Positions 11,110-25,335 of a stretch of 64,000 nucleotides of DNA are shown here, in pieces. Position 1 is the first letter of the stretch; the number at the start of each line of letters is the position of its first letter. The position numbers were made by a program, and so were the translations under genes. Origin of the DNA: Mobula hypostoma (taxonomy: Eukaryota); the NCBI RefSeq assembly GCF_963921235.1, contig NC_086108.1, positions 103,604,001-103,668,000 of the forward strand. Direction: 5' to 3'. The notes beneath the pieces were generated by a model. The model did no database searches, was not told where the DNA came from, and saw only the letters and a list, made by a program, of their open reading frames with translations.

Positions 11110-14100
11110 TCTCAGATCACTTATCTGTGATGTTAATTCCTGCATACAGAACAGTGATCAAACGGGTCAAACCAATTCTAAAGGTGATGAAAACCAGACC
11201 TGAGGGTGCAATCTCTGCACTGCAGGACTGCTTTGATAATAAGAACAGAAAATGTTCAGCAAGGCTGCTACTTATGACAACCATGCTAACATTGAGAAAT
11301 ATGTGGATTCTGTGACCAGCTACATAGAGCAGTATACTATTATCATCACAAAACACATGCGGGTGAGGGCAAATCAGCAGCATGGCTCACTACAAAGGTC
11401 TGTGTCAGGCTGAGGGATTGTGGTGCTGCTTTGAAATAGGCAGACGTGACAGCTCACAGGGATAGCTCTCAAAAACTGTGCTTTTCCACTCCATCAGAAA
11501 CGCGAAATGGGAGCATTCTCAGAAAATTTACAGTCACTTCTGTGATCCCAGAGACACAAGGCGCATGTGGCCGGGAATCCAGAGGCTATAAACAGCAGAC
11601 TGGCAGCAGACTACAAGTCTACCCTGTGAATCGGTGACCAGGATGCTTCACTCCCTGAGAGGCTGAATGTATTCTATGCACAGAACAAAGTGCTGGTGAG
11701 AAAGGAACCCCTCCCTCCAGGAGAGCAGACACTCCATCTGGCTGAAGCTGAGATGAGGAAGACCCTGGCCACAGTCAACCCACTCAAAGCTGCAGGACAC
11801 AATAATATACCAGGTTGGGTTCTGAAAGACTGCGCAGCCCAGCTGACCGATATATTTCCCCTCAGTCTACAAGGTGGCAACCATTATTCCAGTGCCAAAG
11901 GGAGCGATAGCATCCTACCTAAACGACTATCTTCCGGTGGCATTAACATCAACTATGATGAAATGCTTTGAGCGGCTGGTCAAGGAGCACATTAAGGCCT
12001 TTCTCCTGACTACATTGGACCCTTTCCAGTTCACTGCTCACTCAAGTTGATCCACTGATGATGCAATAGCCTCTCTCCTCCACTCTATCCTGTCCCAACT
12101 GAAAAATGAGGTCTCATATGCCAGTCTGCTGTTTATAGACTTCAGTTTGGTGTTCAACACCATTATACCCCAAAAGCTGGTGGGGAAACTGTCCTCACTG
12201 GGTCTCAATACCTCCCTCTGCAATTGGATACTGGACTTAAAAGTAAGGCAACAGTCAGTCCGTGCAGGCAGCAAAGTCTCTCATCCCATCATGCTAAGCG
12301 CTGGCGCTTTCCAAGGCTGTGTGCTCAGTCTGCTCCTGTTCACACTGCTGACGCGTGACCATGTCACACTGGTGAATCATTCACAAACTTGATAACACGG
12401 TCAAGTTCAAACCACGCTATCAAGTTTGTGGATGACACAACAGTGGTTGGCCTCATCAAGAATGAGGTTGAGACGGAGTATAGGGAGGAAGTGGAGCAGC
12501 TGATGGATTGGTGTGAGAAGAACAACCCAAGCCTGAACGTGGAAAAGATCAAGGGGACCAATATCCTTTCAGGGAGGTTTGTTAGTGCTGTTGGAGAGGC
12601 TTTAAACTAGATTTGCAGGGGGATGGGAACCAGAGTGCCAGAGCTGACAGTGTGGCTGGGGTGAAAATAAATGTTGTTAAAAGTTCAAGCAAATCAGCTA
12701 ATAGAAAGGTTGTGAATGGTGGTAAAAATCTTCTGAGGTGTATATATTTCAATGCTAGGAGTATTGCAGGGATGAGTTGAGGGCGTGGATTGACACGTGG
12801 AATTATGACGTTATAGCAATTAGTGAAACTTGGCTACAGGAGGGGCAGGACTGGCAGCTTAATATTCCAGGGTTCCGATGTTTCAGATGTGATCGAGGCA
12901 GAGGAATGAAAGGTGGGGGAGTAGCATTGCTTGTTAGGGAAAATATTACAGCAGTGCTCAGGCAGGACAGATTAGAGGGCTTGTCTACTGAGTCCTTATG
13001 GGTGGAGCTGAGAAACAGGAAAGGTATGGCCACATTAGTGGGATTGTATTACAGACCACCCAATAGTCAACGAGAATTGGAAGAGCAAATCTGCAGGGAA
13101 ATAGCAAGCAACTGCAGGAAACATAAAGTTGTGGTGGTAGGGGATTTTAATTTTCCATATATTGCTTGGGACTCCCATACTGTTAGGGGTCTAGATGGTT
13201 TAGAGTTTGTAAAATGTGTTCAGGAAAGTTTTCTAAATCAATATATAGAGGGACCAACTAGAGGGGATGCAATATTGGATCTCCTGTTAGGAAACAAGTT
13301 AGGACAAGTGACGGAAGTCTGTGTAGGGGAGCACTTTGGTTCCAGTGATCATAACACTTGATCATGGACAAGGATAGATCTGGTCCTAGGGTTGAGGTTC
13401 TTAACTGGAAGAAGGCCAAATTTGAAGAAATGAGAAAGGATCTAAAAAGCGTGGATTGGGACAGGTTGTTCTCCGGCAAGGATGTGATCGGTAGGTGGGA
13501 AGCCTTCAAAGGAGAAATTTTGAGAGTGCAGAATTTGTATGTTCCTGTCAGGATTAAAGGCAAAGTGAATAGGAATAAGGAACCTTGGTTCTCAAGGGAT
13601 ATTGCAACTCTGATAAAGAAGTAAAGGGAGTTGTATGACATGTATAGGAAGCAGGGAGTAAATAAGGTGCTTGAGGAGTATAAGAAGTGCAAGAAAATAC
13701 TTAAAAAAAGAAATCAGGAGTGCTAAAAGAAAACATGAGGTTGCATTGGCAGTCAAAGTGAAGGATAATCCAAAGAGCTTTTACAGGTATATTAAGAGCA
13801 AAAGGATTGTAAGGGATAAAATTGGTCCTCTTGAAGATCAGAGTGGTCGGCTATGTGCGGAACCAAAGGAAATGGGGGAGATCTTAAATAGGTTTTTTGC
13901 GTCTGTATTTACTAAGGAAACTGGCATGAAGTCTATGGAATTAGGGGAAACAAGTAGTGAGATCATGGAAATTGTACAGATCGAAAAGGAGGAGGTCCTT
14001 GCTGTCTTGAGGAAAATTAAAGTGGATAAATCCCCTGGACCTGACAGGATGTTCCCTCGGACCTTGAAGGAGACTGGTGTTGAAATTGCAGGGGCCCTGG

Positions 14101-16385
14101 CAGAAATATTTAAAATGTCGCTGTCTACAGGTGAGGTGCCGGAGGATTGGAGAGTGGCTCATGTTGTTCAGTTGTTTAAAAAAGGATCGAAAAGTAATCC
14201 GGGAAATTATAGGCCGGTAAATTTAATGTCGGTAGTAGGTAAGTTATTGGAGGGAGTACTAAGAGACAGAATCTACAAGCATTTGGATAGACAGGGACTT
14301 ATTAGGGAGGGTCAACATGGCTTTGTGCGTGGTAGGTCATGTTTGACCAATCTATTGGAGTTTTTCGAGGAGGTTACCAGGAAAGTGGATGAAGGGAAGG
14401 CAGTGGATATTGTCTACATGGACTTCAGTAAGGCCTTTGACAAGGTCCTGCATGGGAGGTTAGTTAGGAAAATTCAGTCGCTATGTATACATGCAGAGGT
14501 GGTAAATTGGATCAGACATTGGCTCAATGGAAGAAGCCAAAGAGTGGCAGTAGAGAATTGCTTCTCCGAGTGGAGGCCTGTGACTAGTGGTGTGCCACAG
14601 GGATCAGTGCTGGGTCCATTGTTATTTGTCATCTATATCAATGATCTGGATGATAATGTGGTAAATTGGATCAGCAAATTTGCTGATGATACAAAGATGG
14701 GAGGTGTAGTAGACAGCGAGGAAGGTTTTCAGAGCCTGCAGAGGGACTTGGACCAGCTGGAAAAATGGGCTGAAAAATGGCAGATGGAGTTTAATGCAAA
14801 CAAGTGTGAGGTATTGCACGTTGGAAGGACAAACCAAGGTAGAACATACAGGATTAATGGTAAGGCACTGAGGAGTGCAGTGGAACAGAAGGATCTGGGA
14901 ATACAGATACAAAATTCCCTAAAAGTGGCGTCACAGGTAGATAGGGTCATAAAGAGAGCTTTTGGTGCATTGGCCTTTATTAATCGAAGTATTGAGTATA
15001 AGAGCTGGAATGTTATGATGAGGTTGTATAAGGCATTGGTGAGGCCAAATCTGGAGTATTGTGTTCAGTTTTGGTCACCAAATTACAGGAAGGATATAAA
15101 TAAGGTTGAAAGAGTACAGAGAAGGTTTACAAGGTTGTTGCTGGGACTTGAGAAACTCAGTTACAGAGAAAGGTTGAATAGGTTAGGACTTTATTCCCTG
15201 GAGCGTAGAAGAATGAGGGGAGATTTGATAGAGGTATATAAAATTATGATGGGTATAGATAGAGTGAATGCAAGCAGGCTTTTTCCACTGAGGCAAGGGG
15301 AGAAAAAAACCAGAGGACATGGGTTAAGGGTGAGGGGGGAAAAGTTTAAAGGGAACATTAGGGGGGGGCTTCTTCACACAGAGAGTGGTGGGAGTATGGA
15401 ATGAGCTGCCAGATGAGGTGGTAAATGCGGGTTCTTTTTTAACATTTAAGAATAAATTGGACAGATACATGGATGGGAGGGGTATGGAGGGATATGGTCT
15501 GTGTGCAGGTCAGTGGGACTAGGCAGAAAATGGTTCGGCACAGCCAAGAAGGGCCAAAAGGCCTGTTTCTGTGCTGTAGTTTCTCTGGTTCTATGGTTAA
15601 ATCATTGTGGACTTCAGGAAGGTGTAGTTGAACCATCCCCTCTGCGAATACACAGCTCCTCTGTAGAGAAAGTTAAGTGGACCAATTTCCTGGGAGTTCA
15701 CATCGCGGATGACCTCACCTGGTCCCTTAACATCAGCTCCCTGAATAAGGCGGCGCAGCAACGCCTCCACTTCCGAAGAAGGTTAACGCAAGCAAGGCTC
15801 ATAGCCCTCATCCTAACTACATTTTACAGGAGCTCCATTGAGAGCATCCTGGCAAGTTGCATCTCCATCTGGTATGGGACGTCAAGCATTGGACCTGAAG
15901 TCCCTACAATGGACTGTGAGAACAGCGGAGAGGATCATAGGGGTCTCCCTACCATCCATCGGGGACATTTATCAGGAGTGCTGTATACACAGGGCCATTA
16001 GTATTATTATTAATACTAATACTAACCCATCCATCCAGCATCCTCTTTGACTTTTTACCATTAGGCAAAAGACTACAATGCATAAAAGCAGGAACAGTCA
16101 GGATGGGAAGTAATTTCTTCCCCCAGGTCATCAGGCTTCTGAACTATGGCTGCATCACATTCGAAGTGTCACTGGTTAATCTATTCCGTACCTTACAATA
16201 TTTAACATTGATACACTTTAGTTTGTTATGTATGTGTGATTCATCGGTAGCTCTGTAGATTTCATCCTTAACTTCATAGGTGTTATGTGTTTTACATCCT
16301 GATTCAAAGAAACATTGTCTCGTTTCTGTATACATTACTTATGTTTTATATATATATATATCTAAAATGACAATAAACCTCACTT
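11110..16385 (+). mobile_element. Rex1/Babar LINE (5'-truncated, degenerate RT) split by a CR1 insertion
   Basis: [47 protein letters not shown]| then resumes at 15599 with IIVDFRK, FLGVHIADDLTWS, AQQRLHF. 3' tail aatgacaataaa. Confidence 0.88.
12555..15598 (+). mobile_element. CR1 LINE, 5'-truncated, near-complete ORF2 (APE endonuclease and RT)
   Basis: APE motifs (AISETWL, GGGVAL, YYRPPN, VVGDFN, SDH) at 12777-13361. RT ORF 13671-15404 (NYRPV, DFSKAFDKV, GVPQGSVLGP, FADD, LEYCVQFWSP). (ttctatgg)-type tail. Few disabling lesions. Confidence 0.96.
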
Positions 16386-19161
16386 GTCACAAGACCTTGT
16401 AACAGACTGCATGATTGATCAATTGAATTGGTTGTACAGAAATGCATTTACTGTCTTTGTATTACTCCATGTGGATGCTTCCCCTTTACAAAAGTAAGTA
16501 CACATTAAAAAATAAATAAGTAGTGTAGAGAGAGAGCAAAAGCAGTGAGGTAGTGTTCATGTGTTTATAGTCCATTCAGAAATTCGATGATAGAGGGGAA
16601 GAAGCTCTTCTTATTATTCTCACAGTCTATGCTTGCATATTTTTGGATAGCCTTCATTTAAAAAAAAAGTTTACATGTCTAAAGGAACAACCATATGGGG
16701 TTTCTCTTCATAATTTCTAATTAACTTATGATTAGATTGGCTGGTTGAGTAGTGTCACAACAACAACCTTGCACAACGCTGCGCATCTATTTTCTGTCTG
16801 TCTATATTGTATTTTGTGTTGTGCGTTTATTATGGGTACTTTTTCACATGGGTTAGAGAAGTACTGCACAGAAGTGGCCCTTTGGCCCATCTAGTAGGGT
16901 TGAGGCGGGTAGAAGGGAATGAGCATAGTTACACATTGACGCTTTGTCTTCAGGTTGTTTAGTCTAGTTGAATTCGAGGCGACTGCTGAAGATACTCTTG
17001 TTGATTGTTAATTTCTCTATTATGTTATTTGATCACTAATTAGACCGTTACATTGCTAGCTTTAGTTTAATTAGTTATTTTAAAAAATCACTACAAGATT
17101 GCTCGTCTTTGCTGGTTTTGTAATGAATGATCAAATGTACTTTTTTCAATTTGGAAATCCGTTATTTTAGGAGCACGTCATACAGTACAACCTCATCCTA
17201 CTCAGACTCTGAGCAGCTTTAGTTTGAGTTCAAATAACCACTACAGTCAGGAAGATCAAGGAGTTGATGTAAGGTTTCACAAAGGGGAAGTCGAGTACAC
17301 ATACACAGTTCCTGGGTGTCAACGTCCCGTAAGACCTATCCTGGGCACAACATATTGATGCAATTATGAAGAAGACATGCCAGTGACTATATTTCATTAG
17401 GAGTCCAGCACATTTCTACAGGTGTACTGTGGAGAGTATTCGAACTGATTGCATCGCTCATCTGGTTTGGCAAGGCCATTACACAAGATAAAAAAAAACC
17501 TTGCAGAGGATTGTAGTCTTAGCCAGCTCCTTCGTGGGCACTAGCCTCCTCACCATCAAGGCAGCATCCATCATCAAAGACCCCTTTACCCTGGTCATGT
17601 CAACTCATTACTATCATCAGGGAGGAGATACAGGGATTAACTTCCTCTCCTCTGTCATCAAATTTCTGAATGGACAATGAACCCATGAACACCACCTCAC
17701 TCCTTCCCCCTTTTTCTTTCCTCCATGACCTTCTGTTTTCTACAATCAGATTCCCCCTTCTCCAACCCTGTATCTCTTTCACCAATCAACTACAGAACCA
17801 TACCATTAACAGTACAAAGCTTAAAGAGAAAAAGAAAATATAAGTCAAGACATATAAAATGCTGGAGATCCTCCAGCATTTTGTTTGTGTTGCTTGGATT
17901 TCCAGCATCTGCAGATTTTCTCTCGTTTCTGATTGGCTCACTATTTTTGCTCTCTCTTTGTATTACTTATTTTTTAAATATATACTTATTTTTGTAATTT
18001 ATAGTATATTTTATGTATTGTACTGCACTGATTCCAAGTAGTTGTTAGCGTGTCACAGTGGCTACCCCCCAGTACACTGCTTCAACAGGTAGGCTAAACC
18101 AGGTGAGGATAGCCGGTGTGTCTCATACCCCATGCCTGTCCTAGCATGTGCAGTCAGCTCTGACGGACTGGGTGGAGGAGATCTACAGCGAGATCCAATG
18201 TCCAGAAAGGCAGATCCACTTTCCCGCTTTAAAAACTTTACTGCACTGGCTTCCAGTCATCATTGGACAATCACCATACTGTACTAATGCTGGATAACAA
18301 CAAATTTCATGACATATCAGTGATAATCAACCTGATTCTGATTATCTCTACTTCCAAGCATGTTCTCCTGTTCCTAGAGTCGTCCTCTTCAGGTTCAGTT
18401 CTTCTCTGATACCTTTATTACAAATTTCCATTCCACAAAATTACAATTATGTAGCTAGTAAATCATAAAGTAAATCACAATCATATACCTTTCTACCAAA
18501 TAGCATTTTGACAGCAGCCTCATCTTAAAGACTAACAGTTCAATAAGACAGCTCACTTCCATCACCACATAGCTTAGCTAGGGATGCCAATCAAAGCTGG
18601 CCTCCTGAGCAATGTTCATATATTTAAGTGAGACAATTAGTGGTTAGCTAAAGAAGGTTTGAGAAATGCTCAGTAAACCCCAGGTCAAGCTTAGAATAGA
18701 AAGTAGCATTGGAATATTGACGAGTGGGTGCACATACTATGACAAAAATCTATATATTTAAGCTAAAGCCAAGCTGATATTGGTGCTCCTGCCATGATTT
18801 TCTTGCAGCCATGTTTACCTTTTGTAACTATGCCTTTGTCTGTACATATGCCACTTAACCAGCTGATTTCCTGCAGATGCCACCTAACCAGCTGGATTTC
18901 CTGCAGCAGCTTGTTTTTATTTTTGATGAGGGCAGCAATGAAAATCCTTTTTACAAAGGACTCAGAGTAGCAGGGTGTGACGAGTACTAAACAGCAAATT
19001 GCAGTATAATCTGAAAAAGGTGCTAAAAGAAACCCAAGGTTACAATAATGGAATAACCAAGAGAGGGAGAACCAAAACATGGCAGCACCAGCAGGAAGTG
19101 GGTGTGAAAGAGGTGATTATTTCATACGTCTAATAGCAGTGGAGAGAAGCTGTTCTTGAAT

Positions 19162-21923
19162 AGAAACATAGAAAATAGGTGCAGGAGTAGGCCATTCGGC
19201 CCTTCGAGCCTGCACCGCCATTTATTATGATCATGGCTGATCATCCAACTCAGAACCCCACCCCAGCCTTCCCTCCATACCCCCTGACCCCCATAGCCAC
19301 AAGGGCCATATCTAACTCCCTCTTAAATATAGCCAGTGAACTGGCCTCAACAGTTTCCTGTGGCAGAGAATTCCACAGATTCACCACTCTCTGTGTGAAG
19401 AAGTTTTTCCTAATCTCGGTCCTAAAAGGCTTCCCCTCTATCCTCAAACGGTGGCCCCTCGTTCTTGACTTCCCCAACATCGGGAACAATCTTCCTGCAT
19501 CTAGCCTGTCCAATCCCTTTAGCATCTTATACGTTTCAATCAGATCCCCCCTCAATCTTCTAAATTCCAACGAGTACAAGCCCAGTTCATATGAAAGTCC
19601 TGCCATCCCAGGAATCAATCTGGTGAACCTTCTTTGTACTCCCTCTATGGCAAAGATGTCTTTCATCAGATTAGGGGACCAAAACTGCACACAATACTCC
19701 AGGTGTGGTCTCACCAAGGCCTTGTACAACTGCAGTAGTACCTCCCTGCTCCTGTACTCGAATCCTCTCGCTATAAATGCCAGCATACCATTCGCCTTTT
19801 TCACCGCCTGCTGTACCTGCATGCCCACTTTCAATGACTGGTGTATAATGACACCCAGGTCTCGTTGCACCTCCCCTTTTCCTAATCGGCTACCATTCAG
19901 ATAATAATCTGTTTTCCTATTTTTGCCACCAAAGTGGATAACTTCACATTTATCCACATTAAATTGCATCTGCCATGAATTGGCCCACTCACCCAACCTA
20001 TCCAAGTCACCCTGCATCCTCTTAGCATCCTCCTCACTGCTAACACTACCACCCAGCTTCGTGTCATCCGCAAACTTGGAGATACTGCATTTAATTCCCT
20101 CATCCAAGTCATTAATATATATTGTAAACAACTGGGGTCCCAGCACTGAGCCTTGCGGTACCCCACTAGTCACCGCCTGCCATTCTGAAAAGGTCCCGTT
20201 TATTCCCACTCTTTGCTTCCTGTCTGCTAACCAATTCTCCACCCACACCAATACCTTACCCCCAATACCGTGTGCTTTAAGTTTGCACACTAATCTCCTG
20301 TGTGGGACCTTGTCAAAAGCCTTTTGAAAATCCAAATATACCACATCCACTGGTTCTCCCCTATCCACTCTACTAGTTACATCCTCAAAAAATTCTATGA
20401 GATTCGTCAGACATGATTTTCCTTCACAAATCCATGCTGACTTTGTCCGATGGTTTCACCGCTTTCCAAATGTGCTGTTATCACATCCTTGATAACTGAC
20501 TCCAGCAGTTTCCCCACCACCGACGTTAGGCTAACCGGTCTATAATTCCCCGGTTTCTCTCTCCCTCCTTTTTTAAAAAGTGGGGTTACATTAGCCACCC
20601 TCCAATCCTCAGGAACTAGCCCAGAATCTAACGAGTTTTGAAAAATTATCACTAATGCATCCACTATTTCTTGGGCTACTTCCTTAAGCACTCTAGGATG
20701 CAGACCATCTGGCCCTGGGGATTTATCTGCCTTCAATCCCTTCAATTTACCTAACACCACTTCCCTACTAACATGTATTTCGCTCAGTTCCTCCATCTCA
20801 CTGGACCCTCTGTCCCTTACTATTTCTGGAAGATTATTTATGTCCTCCTTAGTGAAGACAGAACCAAAGTAATTATTCAATTGGTCTGCCATGTCCTTGC
20901 TCCCCATAATCAATTCACCTGTTTCTGTCTGCAGGGGACCTACATTTGTCTTTACCAGTCTTTTCCTTTTTACATATCTATAAAAGCTTTTACAGTCCGT
21001 TTTTACGTTCCCTGCCAGTTTTCTCTCATAATCTTTTTTCCCCTTCCTAATTAAGCCCTTTGTCCTCCTCTGCTGAACTCTGAATTTCTCCCAGTCCTCA
21101 GGTGAGCCACTTTCTCTGGCTAATTTGTATGTTTCTTCTTTGGAATTGATACTATCCCTAATTTCTCTTGTCAGCCACGGGTGCACTACCTTCCTTGATT
21201 TATCCTTTTGCCAAACTGGGATGAACAATTGTTGTAGTTCATCCATGCAACCTTTAAATGCTTGCCATTGCATATCCACCATCAATCCTTTAAGTGTCAT
21301 TTGCCAGTCTATCTTAGCTAATTCACGTCTCATACCTTCAAAGTTACCCCTCTTTAAGTTCAGAACCTTTGTTTCTGAATTAACTATGTCACTCTCCATC
21401 TTAATGAAGAATTCCACCATATTATGGTCACTCTTACCCAAGGGGCCTCTCACGACAAGATCGCTAATTAACCCTTCCTCATTGCTCAAAACCCAGTCCA
21501 GAATAGCCTGCTCTCCAGTTGGTTCCTCGACATGTTGGTTCAAAAAACCATCCCGCATACATTCCAAGAAATCCTCTTCCTCAGCACCTTTACCAATTTG
21601 GTTCACCCAATCTACATGTAGATTGAAGTCATCCATTATAACTGCTGTTCCTTTATTGCACACATTTCTAATTTCCTGTTTAATACCATCTCCGACCTCA
21701 CTACTACTGTTAGGTGGCCTGTACACAACTCCCACCAGCGTCTTCTGCCCCTTAGTGTTACGCAGCTCTACCCATATCGATTCCACATCTTCCCGGTTTA
21801 TGTCCTTCCTTTCTATTGCGTTAATCTCTTCTTTAACCAAGAGATTAACGCAATAGAAAGGAAGGACAATGCCACCCCACCTCCCCTTCCTTCATGTCTA
21901 TCCCTCCTGAATATTGAATATCC
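19162..21923 (-). mobile_element. CR1 LINE, 5'-truncated ORF2 (APE part and RT)
   Basis: ORFs 20407-21840 and 19250-20368 carry YRPPN, SDH, NYRPVSL, GVPQGSVLGP and FADD. TSD TGAAT at 19157-19161 and 21924-21928. Inserted in a Rex1-like fragment. Confidence 0.96.
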
Positions 21924-22766
21924 TGAATCTGAAAGTCTGGGCTTTCAAAGCTGCTGTATCTTCTCCTGGAAGGTAAAACAGCGAGAAAGGAATGGCCAGG
22001 GTGACAGGCATCCTTCATGAATCTACAAACATTTGTGAAGCAATGTGTTGTAAAAGGACTGGTTGGAAGGAAGTGATGAATCTTTCTTGGACTGGGCGGT
22101 ATTTACCACTCTCTGCAGCTTCTTTTAGTCAAGTCAAGAGCAAAGCAATTGTCATAACAGGCATTCCTGAGTTGAGAAACCACCTGTTGTGGCAACTTAG
22201 CAAAAGAAGAGCAGGTCACACGTAGTGACTGGGCCCTAGGCTGCCAGTCTTGCGGTTTCAATACCCAGACATTTTTTTGACAGTCACTGCTGTCAAGTGA
22301 ACTTTTTTCATTATCAGACCATTTAAAAACAGTTCAAATAGATTTAAGAACATTTAAGAGAAGCTAGCAAAATAAAACAAAAAATTACACAAGCATTTCT
22401 CCTCTCTAATGAAGGAAATTACACAAATCACCTACCTGCACTTGTATCAGGATGAACAACCATATTCGATTGAATGGGCTTACATGACTTATGCTGGCCC
22501 TACCTGGCATAAAACCGAGGGACCATGTGACAAGTGCCGAGCCCAGTGGCAGAATAGGAGTGAGTGTCAACATCAGACCTCCTGCTCATCTCTAACTACC
22601 ACATTGCAAGTACAGCTCCATGAGTCAAAAACAAGCTGACCAAGAGGGAAACCACCATAATTCTCTCCAGAACCACTGGCTACAGAGTACCTTTAGTCAT
22701 AGAATCATACAGCATGGAAACAGGCCATTCAGCCCATCTGCAATCCAATAAAAGAACAATACTTAC

Positions 22767-22800
22767 TTTTTACACTTTTCACAGCTGTACATGTTATCGC
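22767..22800 (-). CDS. USP33: USP33 small exon (GDNMYSCEKCKK)
   Basis: Acceptor tttttccag, donor AA|gtaagt, 34 nt, phase 1/2 consistent with both neighbours. Confidence 0.94.
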
Positions 22801-23373
22801 CTGGAAAAACAGAAGAATTTTACAAAAGGATATAAATATCAATGTGCAGCACCACAGAAGCAAAGCTTAAATAAAAGATAAAAAGATTTCTACCCATTTG
22901 AGCATATTCTGCTGCCAAGAACTGCTGCAGTTTCAAAACATACAATTGCTGACTAACATATTAATATCAAACAGTCCTATAGAAAGCTGATAGTCCCATT
23001 CTTCAGACATCTTGATGGCTCAGCAGCAGGGCCCCATTTCCCACACTCTCCTTAAACTCAGCAGGTGCCTGCACTTCACAAGGTCATTAGAGGATTTTGC
23101 TATACAATTGTACACCACCTACAAAGAGTGAATTAAAAATGTGTTTATGTATTAATTATTAGATAAAGTAATACCTAATAGTCCAGAATATCATCCAATC
23201 CTGCATCACTGAAGTTATGAAGATGCCAAACTATCTGAGTGTTACTGTAACATACAAAACTACGCACAGCTGATCTTAGCCATAAGGCTGAGAAGGGTGG
23301 AACCACAGCATAGCGTTTGGCACGACGCTATTACATCTCATGGTGACTGAGTTCAGAGTTCAGAATTCCAGCA

Positions 23374-24058
23374 TAGAAAACATACAGCACAATACAGGCT
23401 CTTTGGCACACAAAGCTGTGCTGAACATGTCCCTACCTTAGAACTACCTAGGATTACCCATAGCCCTCTATTTTTCTAAGCTCAATGTAGCCATCCAGGA
23501 GTCTCTTAAAAGACCCTATCGTTTCCGACGTCACCACCACCGCCGGCAGCCCATTCCACACACACCACTCTCTGCGTAAAAAACTTACATCTCCTCTGTA
23601 CCAACTTCCAACCACCTTAAAACTATGCCCTATCGTGCTAGCCATTTCAGCCCAGGGGAAAAGCCTCTGACTATCCACATGATCAATGCCTCTCATTATC
23701 TTGAAGACCTCTATCAGGACACCTCTCATCCTCCGTTGCTCCAAGGAGAAAAGGCCGAGTTCACTCAACCAATTCTCATAAGACATGCTCCCCAACCCAG
23801 GCAACATCCTTGTAAATCTCTTCTGCACCCTTTCTATGGTTTCCACGTCCTTCCCGTAGTGAACTGAGCACAGTACTCCAAGTGGGGTCTGACCAGAGTC
23901 CTATATAGCTGCAACATTACCTCTTGGCTCTTAAACTCAATCCCATGATTGATGAAGGCCAGTGCACCGTATGCCTTCTTAACCACAGAGTCAACCCCAA
24001 GATCCCTCTGATCCTCCACACTGCCAAGAGTCTTATCATTAATGCTATATTCTGCCAT
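23374..24058 (-). mobile_element. CR1 3' fragment inserted within a V-SINE
   Basis: LYRTLVRPHLEYCAQF and ERVQKRFTRMLPGL. SINE head at 23305-23373 resumes at 24059. Confidence 0.88.
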
Positions 24059-25147
24059 CATCTCCTCTGTAAGGAGTCTCTGTCCATCCTCCCTATAGGA
24101 AGCACGGGTTTTCCTTGAGTGCTCTGGTTTCCTCCCACAGTCCAAAGACTTGCTGGTTAGGTTAATTGGTCATTGTAAAATGTCCTGTGATTAGGTTAGG
24201 GTTAAATTGGGGTTGCTGGGGCAACGTGACCTGGAGTGGAAGAGCCTATTTCACACTGTATCTCTAAATATAAAACTATGCTCCTTCCATTCCCAAGGCA
24301 TCTTTGCTGGAATCTATTTTAGTGGGTATCTGTGTTATGTTCCCAAAAGCCTAGCCTTGACTTCAAAGGTTGACAAGACTGATGGATCCTTACAAGGTCA
24401 GAGTCAGAGTACTCTCTTAAGCTAATATACGTGAAAACAATGTAGAATCACAGAGCACAAAAAGCATGGTGTATATGGAATGACTTGCCAGAATAAGTGG
24501 TTGCAGGAGGTACATGAGTATCCTTTAAGTGCTGGATGGGCACGAGGAGGAGTGGGACTGAGAGCATTGAGCACTAAAGCTACAGAAACAGACCCTTTAG
24601 CCCAACTAGTCCATGTGAAGTTGAATTCTGCCCAGTTCCATCGACCCACACCAGAACTTATCCAAACTTCTCTTAACTGTTGCAATTGAACCTGCATCTA
24701 CCACTTTCGTTGGCAGCTCGTTCCACACTTTCACCATCCTGAGTGAAGAAGTTCCCCCTCAGATACCCCTTAGATATTTCACCTTTCACTCTTAACCTAT
24801 GACCTCCAGTACTAATTTATAACATGCCTAAATTACAAATGGGATCAGTATAGATGACAAACTGATGCGTCAACATTTAGGTTTATGTAGCCACAATATG
24901 ACATATGTACCAGTGCATATAACACAAGACAAACATGCAGATGTGACAGTTTATATATTTGTAACAGGTGATGTTTGTAATGTGCATAAACACTGCTGCT
25001 AACATTGTTGATTCAGGAAATAGCCTAAAAATTAAAATAAGAGCAATTTAGTCTTTTATATGAGTTATTAGAGCCCTCCATCACCACCCTATCTTTGTTT
25101 CCCCCAATGTTAAAATAGCTTAGTTTTTCCACAAGGTTCCTACTCAC

Positions 25148-25218
25148 CTTTAAGCTCATCTCTAGCGAAAAATGCAGCCAGGCAATCCTGCAAGGACACA
25201 ACAGGACCCCAGAACCAA
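25148..25218 (-). CDS. USP33: USP33 exon ([25 protein letters not shown])
   Basis: Acceptor tttactag, donor AAAG|gtgagt, 71 nt. FFARDELKG is USP33-type. Confidence 0.96.
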
Positions 25219-25335
25219 CTAGTAAAACAAAATATATCAAACACAGAAATATTATTGATTTGGAAAGGCTAACATTACTTTTCTCTGACCACTTGAACTG
25301 CCAAAGGTATAACAAAATTAAAGTTTGCTGTGTAC

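Noticed and set aside
13671..15404. 577-aa ORF as an active or domesticated reverse transcriptase gene
   Set aside because: It is ordinary CR1 ORF2, separated from its endonuclease by frameshifts and a stop, and the element is 5'-truncated.
16890..17250. Unassigned AT-rich segment as a possible ncRNA or foreign insert
   Set aside because: I could not support any motif, ORF, terminal repeat or TSD.
19227..21856. Long plus-strand ORFs (225, 134 and 243 aa) as novel genes
   Set aside because: They are antisense shadows of the minus-strand CR1 ORF2.
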